A stretch of DNA of 63,475 bases, counting the filler, from Bigelowiella natans CCMP2755 (taxonomy: Eukaryota > Protista > Cercozoa): the NCBI GenBank assembly GCA_000320545.1. It is 5 parts of 5 records of this genome, joined end to end, with 100 filler letters (N's around TTAATTAATTAA, not from the genome) between each part and the next. Parts side by side here need not be neighbours in the genome. Positions count along the whole stretch, not along the records: positions 46,374 to 59,014 come from ADNK01000851.1; positions 59,115 to 61,605 come from ADNK01002814.1; positions 61,706 to 63,475 come from ADNK01002532.1; 2 more parts are not named here. The stretch is one strand, 5' to 3'. The position numbers were made by a program, and so were the translations under genes. Positions 51,649-63,475 of this stretch are shown here, piece by piece; the first letter of the stretch is position 1; the number at the start of each line of letters is the position of its first letter. Below the pieces are notes generated by a model. It saw only the letters and a list, made by a program, of their open reading frames with translations. It was not told the DNA's origin and ran no database searches.

Positions 51649-51692
51649 CCTAACGATTGTTGTTGTTGTTGTTGTTGTTGTGCCAGCGACGT

Positions 51693-51758
<66 letters not shown>

Positions 51759-51826
51759 TACTTGTTTTTGACTAAATATTCTCGCTCTCATTCTCCGACA
51801 CAATGACAGCCACATAAGAAACCCTT

Positions 51827-52261
51827 TTAAGTTTTATTATACTTTAGTATTTGCTTCTCCCAATTGATTAACATGTTCGCAAATTCCTGGAGGTTAAGTT
51901 GCTGATCAAAGTCGAAATCATCGTTTGCGGTAATCTCGTTTTTGACACGTTCCTTCATTTCATCAGAATCAATCTTAGATAACATCGATTTCCATCCACA
52001 CTTTTTATAATGTTCTCGAAGCTTGGGAATCAGCTCTGACCACGTTACGCGGCCGTTTACGTTCTTGTCGGTTTCAGCAAATGATATTCTCACCACTCTC
52101 GCAAAATCATTTTTGAATTCTTTCAGGGTTTTTGATTCGACTTTCTTAGCGGTCTAAACAGTGCCAACATACCAATACGGAATTGGAGACGGAGGGAGTC
52201 AAATAAGAAGAAAAGCGGAACATGTGTTAATATGATAATATGTGCGTGCGCGCGCGCGTGT

Positions 52262-52336
<75 letters not shown>

Positions 52337-53550
52337 GAGATGAAGAGAAGAGGAAAAAAAACAAGACAAGAGGAACAAGTAGCATAAAATGCACGCTACC
52401 TTCAAAGCTGTATAGAGGAGATGCATCTCATCGTCGTTTGTGATGTCCCCGTACACATCGGCATTGCTTGATTTCGGCTCTCCCATTACCTTTGATCGGC
52501 ATGTAAGCAAGATGAGGCAAGATGAAATTGCAAGAGTAGTGCTTAGTACATGTGTGTGGTTGCTTGTGTCTACCATAATGTTGAACATCTGGAGACACGC
52601 CAGGAAAGACTTTTTATCCGCACCAGACTTTGTTGAGCAACGTAATTTTATTCAGAACATACACAGTGTAATAAGAAACACTATCGAATTAGGAAAGGAG
52701 AACTGGGTACCACCTTTTTGAGATACAAGTCGAACATCGAAGTCCACTCCTCAAGCGTAACAGAGTTGTCCTAAAAAGGTTAGAAAGTAATCAGGGCGCG
52801 CATGGCAGCATGACAAGGGACAAGTGCTAATCACGCCAAACCAGGTGGCCTGCACCATTTATCGATAATGTTAGAATCATATTGTTATTCATTTCTTATT
52901 ATAAATAAGAGTCAATGTAAGTCAACGGTTAGGCTCGAGGGCAACCTCATTGAAATCAGCCTCCTCCATCAATTCAACTAGCTTGGTCGCGTTGACTCTT
53001 TTCTGCATCTGCAACATCTGAGAGAGGAGAGTGCAATCATCGGGATGTTGGTGATGATTGAGGCATATTTTGAAGATTCAGTTCGCAGCGATGTGCTTTT
53101 TTCAGGGAGATTGAATTATACCTCTTTTTGGTCAACACGCCCGTTGTCGTCCTTGTCGAAAGACGCAAAGATCTTCGACCATAGCTCCCTGAACTTTTCT
53201 GCAGTACGAACATTTTTTTAGCCTACTGAGATTGATCGAGACCACAGATATATAGGAGCCACAAACTGCACAACATGAAAAAAAGACCACACTCCCGCAT
53301 GTTGAATCTTGACGACCTGTGTACTTGGACTTCCTCTCCATTCGGAATTCTCCCCCCCTCGTTCGCGCTGACTCGTCTTGATTTGCTTCAGAAGATATTC
53401 CGTCTTCCTTTCAATAGTGGAACGTAATCTCCACTCTATGGAGCCTTTAATCCAGAGGTGTGTGGAAAAGAAAGAGCACTGTGATACGGGTGGCTGTGCT
53501 ACTTCATCGATGTAGCTCTCAGGCAGTACGACAGTTTCAATGGAACTGCG
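51827..53550 (-). CDS. EF-hand calcium-binding protein (four EF-hand loops); 5' end uncertain
   Basis: Loops FDKDDNGRVDQKE, ADFNE-DNSVTLEEW, TDKNVNGRVTWSE and DDFDFDQQLNLQEF on phase-compatible exons. Confidence 0.8.
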
Positions 53551-54007
53551 AGGATCACGTTGCAATCATCGTGAATAACAAATGTGCGACAACTATTTTT
53601 CGTTGTCGCTTCGCAATCCAGACTCGCTGTGCTGCGAACGCAAGCCGTTTTCTCGGGGATACATTGCAGCTCGTACGATTTCGAATCCTTCTGAATTTCG
53701 TTGTGCGACACGGTATTGCACCAGAACTACAGTGAGAACGCAGGAGGATCTTTCAAGCGATCGAGCTTTGCTGCGCGAGAAACGGTCTTGATGCTCCAGC
53801 CGGAAACGGCTGGCCAGCTGTGTCGCCGGGACATGTTCCCATCAGAAGGATTTTTTGCGAAGAAATTCTCCGAGTAGTCTCAGAATCGGAGGTGCTCTAA
53901 AAGGAAGGTTCGTTGCTCTTACCCACAAATATCTTGGCATTTTTGCCCAAAAACCTGCTCCAGAAGCTTAGGGCGAAGGCAAACCTCTGAGCCCTCCCCA
54001 ATCAACG

Positions 54008-55566
54008 ATGGCGTTGTTGCCCACCACGTTGGAGCGGGTGGCGCTCTCGCAGCCCATCGTGCAATACACATCGTGGGGAAAGAGTTACCATGTGTACAAT
54101 GTGACTACCACGCCCAAGGTTTGAAGATGCATGCATGCGCGGGGGGGTATTCCTAATATCTTTTTACCTTCTTTATCTAAATCTGCACGGATTATTATCT
54201 TTGGTTGGCACATACAAAAGGTGAACGATACCGAGGTCTTGCGCCGATATTCTCACTTTGACTGGCTACGAAGCGTTCTTGTCAAGGGGTATCCAGAAAT
54301 TGCATTCAGGGCTCTCCCTCCAAAAGAAATCAGCGTCGGGCACACACACACACGCACACATTCACACACACATAAAAATACTAACATACTACAGCTTTCC
54401 CCTTAACGCCTACTTTCCAGTCTCCTGTTAACCAGTAGTTTTCTGGACTCTTTTGTGAGGAGCTAACGAATGTATAATAATACAGTTTGTCATGGGGCTG
54501 ACCAACGATAAAAATTTCCTCGAAAGCCGAAGAATTGGTAGCGCACCTTAAGAATGTAAATGTGCATGCACTTTTCCTTCTCCCGTCTCTCCTTTTTCCG
54601 CACATATGAGAGTACGGTAAATCCATAATGGCAACCACAACCCTGGCCCTGGCCATCATCGTCCATCTTCTATTCAACTAGGCCTCGAAAAGTTCCTCCA
54701 GTCGCTCATACGGAGATCGGATGTATTCCTATGAACATACTTCATTCTTCATCATAGCCAGCTATCCACCGACACACGCCAAAAACAAGAAATGCACTCT
54801 CTGGCGATAATTTTTGCGGGGAGAGCTCCAGCTCATCTCGTCACCCAGCGCAGACACAGCACGAAACCCACCTTTTTGAGGACAATACACATCACGCCTC
54901 CCCATAACATTGCACACGCGGAGTGCCCAGATAGTACAAATAATATCAGGTTCTCAAGACGCCCGCTGTCACAGGCTTCATCTCTCTGAGTATGGAGGAT
55001 TTCGCGAGAAAGAAATTGGATCTGGAGGCTGAGACGCTAGCGAATGTACTTCGTAGATATGATTAGTGAGATTATTGCGCTCTAATCTTAGGTAGGTGTA
55101 GCTGGGCTGATGACTGTGCTCTTTTCTAGGCGACCCAGCTACCCGCTACGGTGGCTATATCTCGCAGCCGGAACGACGTAAAGAGAAGCAATATATATTA
55201 TAATATTTATATACAGAATATAGAGTTAACCCCAAAGCGACAAGTTTGTGCTATCTTTTCAGCCCATGGAGCTTTCAAATTTAAAGTTTTCGCCTTGCTT
55301 TCATTGCGACATTTTTTGCTACCTGCTTAAGCTCTAAAAACCTATTTGTTGCCTCCCTCCCTCCCTCCATCCACTGTTGGTTTTTGGCATTGTTATCGAT
55401 ATGGGGCTTTTCCTCGTCGTTGATTCGCCCTCGATCATATTCTTTTCATATCATTTTCGGTTTTTTTTTGTCTGAGCGCAGTCAAAAACGGTAATCGTGA
55501 AGCAAATTGACGTTTTGGTTTTGAATTTCCTTTTCTCCCTCCCCCCTTATCTCTCCCTCTCATGTG

Positions 55567-55610
<44 letters not shown>

Positions 55611-55641
55611 CGAATGTGAGTTTGATTTCCATAATCATAAA

Positions 55642-55696
<55 letters not shown>

Positions 55697-57580
55697 GTAT
55701 ATGTTTTGAAGTATTGTGTGCCCCTCGCAATCATAGAGTAAACAACAAACGCCCATTCCCAAAATGCCCTCGGAGAAGGAAGTCCAGGTGGTGGTTCAGA
55801 AACAATGAGAATGCAACATAGCGTATTCAACTTTACACGACACACAGCTTAATCGCTTACTTTCTCCTCCTCATCACGCATCCACTCCTTCTCCTTCTTC
55901 TTCTTCTTCTTCTTCTTCTTCTTCTTCTTGTTCTTCTTAAATAGGCTGCATTTGAGGAATACCTCGAGGCGAATCGAGGGCTTTACAAGAAGGAGGCCGA
56001 GGACAACATGCGGAAGGTAACCTTCTTGTAGTTAAGCACCTATCGTCTTATCCGCGTATTATGATGATACATATGCTGCTGCTGCTGTCAATTCAATCCA
56101 AGAAAGTACTGGGCACTGTTATTGTGCGAACAAGACCTCGTTCTCCTCCATAAACCTCTTCCATGCTATTGCAATATATACATGTTATTTATATTTATAT
56201 ATTATATACATTTCATGAGTATGATACATTTCATGAGTATGATTAATATGGAAAGAGGGTAGGACTACAAGCGACCCCGAACCCTTCCCCTCCCCTTCCA
56301 TGAGGGTGAAGTTTTGCACTGTCGCAAGATTTCTTTGCATCGGGCCTCGCCCTTCGCTGTGTGTGTCTCCTCCTCACCCTAGACGCCACCCCAATTCACG
56401 TGACTCACGCAACCAAACGTCATCACCACCCTCCCCCGAGCAGATTCTCCCGGCAAAGCAAAAATGGCAGATGGTGTGCGAGGCCAAGAATGAAAAACCT
56501 GAGGAGATGGTAAGAAGCACGCTGGCGCTGGTGATGATGACCGTGATGATGATGGTAGCGAGCCATGATCTCTGACTACTAACTGCTGCTGCTACCACCA
56601 CATACTTTTCAGAGAGCGGAGGTGGGCGAGTACATCGCCATGTTGCGGGAGAGTGCGAACCCCAATCCGAAGATGCTCAGGGTAGTAGTCTTAGTAGTAA
56701 TAGCAATAGTAGTAGTAGTAGTAGATGATATAGAAATAGTTGCATACAATACTTGAGAAATTGGTACCGGTGACAACGAGTTTGGCAAGTAGAATAGGAG
56801 AGGATAATGATGACGATTAGCCCTTGACCATAAGATAGCATGAATAAAACCTGGAATCGGTATCATAATGACGAGCCACTGTTATTGGCCGATGTTGCGC
56901 GAACGTCATCCTCTGCCCTGCTTCCTGTTTACTACTCTTGCTGCTGGTTTGCCACCCAACCAGGACCTCCGTGCCGTCCTTCGCAGCAGGGACAAAAGGT
57001 ATGTGTGAGGAGGGGGGGAAAGTGGGAAACTATGATGAGAGTAAGTAACGAGAGCAGCAGCTGTGTGAAAAGAACAATGAGAAGAGCATCAGCACCCGAA
57101 ATATCGAAAATATGAAACGCCCAGCATTGCATCTAAAGCTTGTTTGTGTGCCTGCCAAGGGGATGTCAGTCAGTGGTTCTGTTCTCTATCCCCCCCCCCC
57201 CCCCCCCCCTCTCCCTTTCTTTTCTCTGGCCTCCTTGGCACTGTGTCTAATGCGCAAAACCGTAATAATTGCTAACTATTCCCCCCGGTCTCTGTGATTG
57301 ATGCTGCAGATGGATGAACCTTTGGTTTGAGATGGGAGGGGCGCGGGATGTCGCGACAGTGCTGCAGCTCTGTGCAGTGAGGCAGGTATCGTGTGAATGA
57401 GAAAATGATGCGAGATTAAGAGTCGCAATCCCCCCACAGCATCATGATCATCGCACGCAACAAGCGAACATCTCAACGCAACTGTCGGACATCGTGGATT
57501 TTTACACAAACCAAAAAACAGGTGCAAGTGGAGGCCGTGGAGACGCTGTACAAGGTGCGAATGAATACCTATCAATATGT

Positions 57581-57624
<44 letters not shown>

Positions 57625-57910
57625 AGAGAACGACAGAGACGCATCTTTTTTTCGTCGTCCTGCGCTTCTTCTTATTCTACAATCATCCGGTCGCTGTGCG
57701 TGCTGGCAGAATCAAGGAAAACATTGCCTCTGTGGGGTTTTGCAGCTCCGAGCACATATCTCGCCATGTTCTTGCTGCGCGTCGCTGCTGCCGTGCATTG
57801 AAAGTATGGATAGTTGTTGCCTGCGCGCATCACTCCTTGTCGCGGAATAGAAGTCGTCGGAACTGTTCTTCTGGATCTGAATGCCTGGTTATCATCGCAT
57901 CTGATGGTGC

Positions 57911-57943
<33 letters not shown>

Positions 57944-58102
57944 GCTTTCTGCTCTTCTTATTCTTCTTCTTCTTCTTCTTCTTCAATCCAGCTCATCAAC
58001 ATCCGATTGGGAATGGAGTACTTCTGCAAGGGTAGCAGCAGCGAACGTGCATGAGCAAGCAACCAACCACGGATATCTAAGCATTTTCAAGGGCTAGGGA
58101 TA

Positions 58103-58135
<33 letters not shown>

Positions 58136-58767
58136 GAGAGAGAGAACTGCGAGAGATCATTCTCGTAAGAAAAGAAGACAGAGGGTTCATCCGCATTTGT
58201 TTCGTGTATCTCCGTGTTTGTTGTTGTAAGTTCGTGCGTGCGCGTCCTCGCCTGTGTGTAGCAGGGAATTGCACCCTCACGGATGGCGATATATATGATC
58301 CGACGTGTTCCCCTGACATATTTCATCATCATCATCATCATCAATATCATCAATATCATCACCATCCAGGCGATAAACTTCACACACTAACGTCGATGGT
58401 TCTCTCCTTGCCCAAACTTAGCAACAAAGCCAGCATCATGGTAGTAGCAGCAGCAGTAGTAGTAGTGTTAGTTGAAGTAAAAGGTGTAGCAGCAGCAGCA
58501 CTACTAATAATACTACTTCTACTTCTACTACTACTAGTAGTCGTCGTGATAGTAGGACGAAGAAGAAGAACGCTGAGTAGTAGTTTCATCTTTGCAATAA
58601 CTGGAGGGGGGGGGGGGGAGATGAGGTGGAGATGCCAACGCTGCCCTCGCCAAACTTGCCTTTCATCGTATCGCTGGGTCCTACCTCTCTTTTTTGCTAG
58701 GCCTTGAAGCTGCTGTGCGCCGTGGCGGAGGAACATCCAATGGCCATCGATGAGGTCTTTCGCAAGG
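54008..58767 (+). CDS. PX-domain sorting nexin (possibly SNX-BAR), 3'-partial
   Basis: YHVYNVTTTPK|VNDTEVLRRYSHFDWLRSVLVKGYPEIAFRALPPKE, GLEKFLQSL and FISL form a PX consensus; many downstream helical exons run to the contig end. Confidence 0.85.
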
Positions 58768-59014
58768 TAAATTGAGGGGAAGAAGAGAGGCTGATAGTGC
58801 GGGCTGGTTGACTGATAAATGACCTGCTACATCATATGTCCGTAATCAAGGTGTTCCGATCGAAGCCGCGCTTTTGGGTAAGAGCAGTCAGTCGTAGTAG
58901 CAGTAAGAGTAGATGAAGAAATGGAACGGCGCTCTCAAAGAGAAAGGAGAAAGAGGGGGGAGGAGGGAGAGAGAGGAGGGGGGAGGGGGGGGGGGGAGGT
59001 AGGAAGGCGGTAGG

Positions 59015-59114
59015 NNNNNNNNNNNNNNNNNNNNNNNNNNNNNNNNNNNNNNNNNNNNTTAATTAATTAANNNNNNNNNNNNNNNNNNNNNNNNNNNNNN
59101 NNNNNNNNNNNNNN
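59015..59114. other. Artificial contig spacer
   Basis: N44-TTAATTAATTAA-N44. Confidence 0.98.
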
Positions 59115-59359
59115 TATCACCTCTTTCTGATCTCGAGCTGCGACCCAGGAACTTGGCGTCAGAATCCGACCCAACGACGTAGCTGCTCACCAAAATCGAA
59201 AGCAAAGCAAAGCACAGCAGCGTGCGGTGACACGCATGTTCTTCCAATATCAACCGCAGTACTGCACGCTTTAGCGGAATAGCACAGAAACAGCCGGAAA
59301 AACTAACGAAACCTCGAAAACACCCCCCTCCCCCCTTCCCTCCCCGTGCGACGAGGAGT

Positions 59360-60501
59360 ACCCGTTGGCCTCAGCCGTTTTCAAATCATCTTCTGTAGCT
59401 TTGTAGTTCTTGACGACGATGAAGTAAGCCGGGATGCGATGACCCCACCAAAGTTGTCGGGATATGCACCTTTTTTAACCGCATTTTAGCGAACACAAAT
59501 CAGCACACACACACACACACACACGCACACACACACACACGCACACACACACGAAATCGAAAGCAGTGACCCCCCTCCCCTCCCCCCCGTGGCGACTTGA
59601 TCTTCGCTGCTAGAGCGAGCGAAGTTGTCGCTTTGCTTACTACCACTATACGTGGAGCATCATTATCATCGATTTATCATCATCGTCGTTGTCATCGTCG
59701 TGATATATGATACGCTCACCAAGGGCGGATGTTCTTCAGGAAGTGGTTCCACGTTTGAATGTGGGATTCGGGGAGAATCTTCAGCTCTCCCTCCTCCACA
59801 GCCCTGACGGAGCGAGCGGCCATGTCCTCGCAATTTACCCACCACTGGGGGCGAATTACTGGCTCAACGACGTCGCCCGATCGCGAGCAAAATCCAAGGG
59901 CCTGGTTATTATGATTTTTGTTTTACAGGTTTGTTCTTTTCAAGGCGGCAAGGGAAGGGGGGGGAGGGGGGGGGGGGGTGGAGAAACACCGCAATCTTTC
60001 AATCGAATCCCCGTTATTATCACATCATCGATGCTGGGTTGAGCGCCGAAGAGAGAAGACGAGATATGTGTATATATATCATATAGCTTATATATTTTTT
60101 TTAATTCAATGAATCCAGTGTAGCAAAGGTTATTGCTATTGTCAAACCGAGTGCATCGGAAGAAAATCATTCGCTCGATTTTGTCTCTCGGACTTTTTTG
60201 AAAATCGTTATGCTAAGGCTAATTTTAACATGGAACAGATCGTAGGTCATAGCAGGGCCTACTACCATTGGATTAACATCCTTGCCGATGTAAAGCCCCT
60301 TCTCCTTCAAGGCCTCAATGATTTCTGCACGAACGACAAACCTACCGCAGCCAACACACCACGCGCGTGGAAACGAGCAGCGGGGTTAACAACAACACGA
60401 TTTATCGACTCAAAGCATTTGCTTATTTTGCATTGATCTTCCATTGCTCGGCTTCTCGTTTCTTTTTTGGGGTTTTCTCTCTCGCACACACACACACACA
60501 T

Positions 60502-60556
<55 letters not shown>

Positions 60557-60958
60557 ATCACGCGTGCGCCCACACACACACCACAACACACGCACAAAAC
60601 ACATGCAGCGCAGTAAGCGTCGAGGCGTCCATCCCGACACTCCTCCTCCTCCTCCTCCTCTCCCCCTCCCACCTTTTCTTCCCCTGGTACTCTCCTGCGT
60701 TCGAATTCATAGTCCCATCGTCGTTGAGGATGTTAATAAATGGAAGCTTATGGCGCATCCCGCACTCGAAGTCGTTGGGGTCGTGAGCTGGCGTGATCTT
60801 CACGGCCCCCGTACCGAAGGTGGGGTCTACGAGCACATCGTCGGTGATGACCTGTGCGGTAGCAGCAGCAGCAGCAGCAGCAGCAGCGTTGGCGTGTTTC
60901 GGAGAAATCGCGTGTTGGCACTTCCAAGGAGAAGAGTTATAGGAACCGTTTTGAAGAA

Positions 60959-60995
<37 letters not shown>

Positions 60996-61605
60996 GTGCG
61001 CGCGCGCGCGCGTCCATTGCAGACTTAGAAGGAGCACGCACATGATTCGAATCTCCTTTAGACTAGTTATTATCTCATAACCATCCCTTTGACTTTTCAT
61101 TCCCCCCCTCCCCCTTCCCTGCCTCGGTACCTTCATCTTACGATCTGCAATGAAGGGGTGCTGGATTTCCTTACCCACCAAGTGCTTGTACCTCTGCGGT
61201 TGTTGTCATCAGTGTCATCGTAAGAGAGACGAGAGTCAATGCTGATGGTGGTGGTGGTGGTGGTGGTGGTGGTGATGGTGTGATTAGAAGAATAAGAATC
61301 GTCCTAATCGCTATCTTATACTATCATCGCGGATGATGTGTGCTTGGAGTTTACAACTTGCCCTGCTCTCTTTGATTTTTCTCTTCGATTTCACTTGTCT
61401 TTTCTTTCTCAACCCCCCCCCCTCCCCCCCCCGCCCCCCCTTTTTTTTCTCCGCGCTCTCCCTTTCCCCCGTACACTATACTTGGTCGGTGGGATGTACT
61501 GCGACTGCCACGTCTCCCAGCATCGTTTCTATACGCGTTGTAGCAACCTCGATGGCGACGGAAGGGTCCTCCTGCCATACGTTCATATCGCAAATCGGGC
61601 TCATT
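59360..61605 (-). CDS. VARS: Valyl-tRNA synthetase, internal exons (partial at both ends)
   Basis: [76 protein letters not shown]. Confidence 0.93.
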
Positions 61606-61705
61606 NNNNNNNNNNNNNNNNNNNNNNNNNNNNNNNNNNNNNNNNNNNNTTAATTAATTAANNNNNNNNNNNNNNNNNNNNNNNNNNNNNNNNNNNNNNN
61701 NNNNN
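61606..61705. other. Artificial contig spacer
   Basis: N44-TTAATTAATTAA-N44. Confidence 0.98.
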
Positions 61706-61849
61706 GAGGAAGCAGTACAACATGTATGATGGGAACAGGGTCCCTTGCGCCACACCAGTCACCTAAAGAATTATGATATCGGGGAGAAGCTCCTAGAGGA
61801 TGTTAAAGTAAACCCTACTGTGTGCGAGCGAGCAATCCCTTGTTTAGGA

Positions 61850-62054
61850 CCCCGCCCTCAGTTTGATGTGGAATACTTTACTTGAATGGTATGGAAACTC
61901 TTCCCCTCTGTCTTGGAGAAAGAGCTGATTGTGTTTAACCTGGAAGATGGGGCGGAGGGGGGGGGGGGATGGGGGAGAGAAAGGGTAAGGGGGGGGAAAG
62001 CGAAGGTTTGTGCAGGGAAAAACATCATGTAACACACACCCCCATATATTATAG

Positions 62055-62092
<38 letters not shown>

Positions 62093-62927
62093 TATTCGTA
62101 TATGTATTATGACACTAATTTACTTTTTGAAACTTCTACTTTCCGACCATATAAAACATAAACTTTTCGTTTGTGGGGATCATAACAGCCCTCCCTCTCA
62201 AACGAATGGATTCGTGATCTAACGCTGATTTTCTCGGATACAGACAGATCCCCCCCACGATGTGAGATGAGCGCAACTGACCCGCGGACCGCTGTTTGCT
62301 GATGGCGATCGTAATCTTCGGAGGAGCGCCCTCCCCTGCACGTTACCTGCATCACCGCATACGACTATTCAGTCACCGTTGGGAAAGATTTTAACAGGGG
62401 TAAAATGACATCGTTCTCAGGAATGAGAGAATCATCCTCCCACCCTCGAAATGCGCCGGAAAAGGCAAGGTAGCTTCTACAACACTAGTTCTGTGTGTAT
62501 TACTATTAGTTTGGCGTTCAGGTAGAAACCGAGGTTGATGTGCTCCGCCAAAGTTCTCTCTTCTACAATGCGTATGATGAAGAACGGAAAACTAGTCAGA
62601 TATGAAAGGGCATCGCGAAACAAGCGCGCGGCGCGCACACACACACGCGCCCACACATACAAACACATATATACACGACACGCACACACAACACGGCACG
62701 TAGCACATGTAGAAGGAGCATGTCCTTTCTCAAAACTGCCTCGTTCTCCATTGTGTAGAAACAAACGACGCTATTGGCAGCTTGCTACTTACTTTCGAGC
62801 TTTTTCTCGTTAAGCGCCATTTCATCATAGGCGTCAAAGATGACCAGAAGAGGCAGGCTGTGTGTTATTTCGGACCCATTTTAGCACACACGCACACACA
62901 CGCACACACACGCACACACACGCACAC

Positions 62928-62966
<39 letters not shown>

Positions 62967-63025
62967 TATACACACATTACACAATGTATATGTGTGTATG
63001 CATGTAAATTTAAAAATGTTATATA

Positions 63026-63065
<40 letters not shown>

Positions 63066-63343
63066 AGTGTGTGTATACATATTTGACAAGCGGGGATTAC
63101 TATTTAGCAAGAGTATTTCAAGTAAGATATACGTTTTGCACAGCTCTGTAGCTTCCTTTGGCTCCTGCCAACATGCATTGCAAACACACATATTACAATC
63201 ACACACACACACACACACACACGCAACTGACACGCAAAATGGACCATTTGCAATATTGAAGACAAAGCTACATCAATGCCATTCTCCACCCCCGCAGAGG
63301 AGTACTCTCTCATTTCCTCACGTAAGAACAACGGAATCCATCC
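61850..63343 (-). CDS. NACHT-type STAND P-loop NTPase, internal exons (partial)
   Basis: Spliced WIPLFL..., EPKEATELCKT-LPLLVIFDAYDE (Walker B), NAKLI-VTCR (sensor 1) and ISSFS. Walker A would lie beyond the window end. Confidence 0.65.
62885..62964. repeat. Intronic compound microsatellite (CACACACGCA)n/(CA)n; representative of dozens of (AT)n, (CA)n, (AG)n and trinucleotide SSRs in introns
   Basis: Directly visible tandem repeats. Confidence 0.9.
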
Positions 63344-63387
63344 TAGTAGCATCATAAATATAATATATATATATACACATATATATG

Positions 63388-63449
<62 letters not shown>

Positions 63450-63475
63450 GTCTATATCTATTTTATATATTGGAA

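Noticed and set aside
56205-56243. 18-bp tandem duplication ATACATTTCATGAGTATG
   Set aside because: Local intronic slippage with no further copies seen.
28680-61705. Four identical TTAATTAATTAA palindromes flanked by Ns
   Set aside because: Artificial six-frame-stop contig linkers; gene adjacency across them has no biological meaning.
165-63357. Many short ORFs with [24 protein letters not shown] or poly-S/L/D tracts
   Set aside because: Translations of intronic microsatellites or antisense shadows of real exons.

Overview
Intron-rich eukaryotic (protist-like) nuclear DNA in the standard genetic code. It is five unrelated contigs joined by 100-bp N/TTAATTAATTAA/N spacers (28680-28779, 46274-46373, 59015-59114, 61606-61705). 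By hand-splicing GT-AG introns, many of which carry (AT)n/(CA)n/(AG)n or trinucleotide microsatellites, I can support about 20 genes. These include a DH/RhoGEF fragment, a large repetitive coiled-coil protein with an N-terminal AAxxG 'CC1-box' motif, a type-II membrane putative glycosyltransferase, an S28 serine carboxypeptidase, a coactosin-like ADF-H protein, an adrenodoxin-type ferredoxin, a purple acid phosphatase with a kringle-like N-terminus, the NAPRT C-terminus, an EEP/CCR4-family hydrolase, intronless MAD1, a four-EF-hand protein, a PX sorting nexin, ValRS and a NACHT NTPase fragment. Highlights: (1) a 12-exon in-frame fusion of an AGFG/AGD14-type ArfGAP to a TVP23/ECHIDNA (DUF846) Golgi membrane domain; (2) genes alternate strand in 13 of 15 adjacent pairs, with AT-rich or short gaps at divergent 5' ends and a distinctive GCTAGC/CATG/TGCA palindrome-rich island at every convergent 3' junction; (3) a candidate dynein-activating adaptor. 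All family assignments come from recognised motifs, not database searches, and the organism cannot be identified with confidence.
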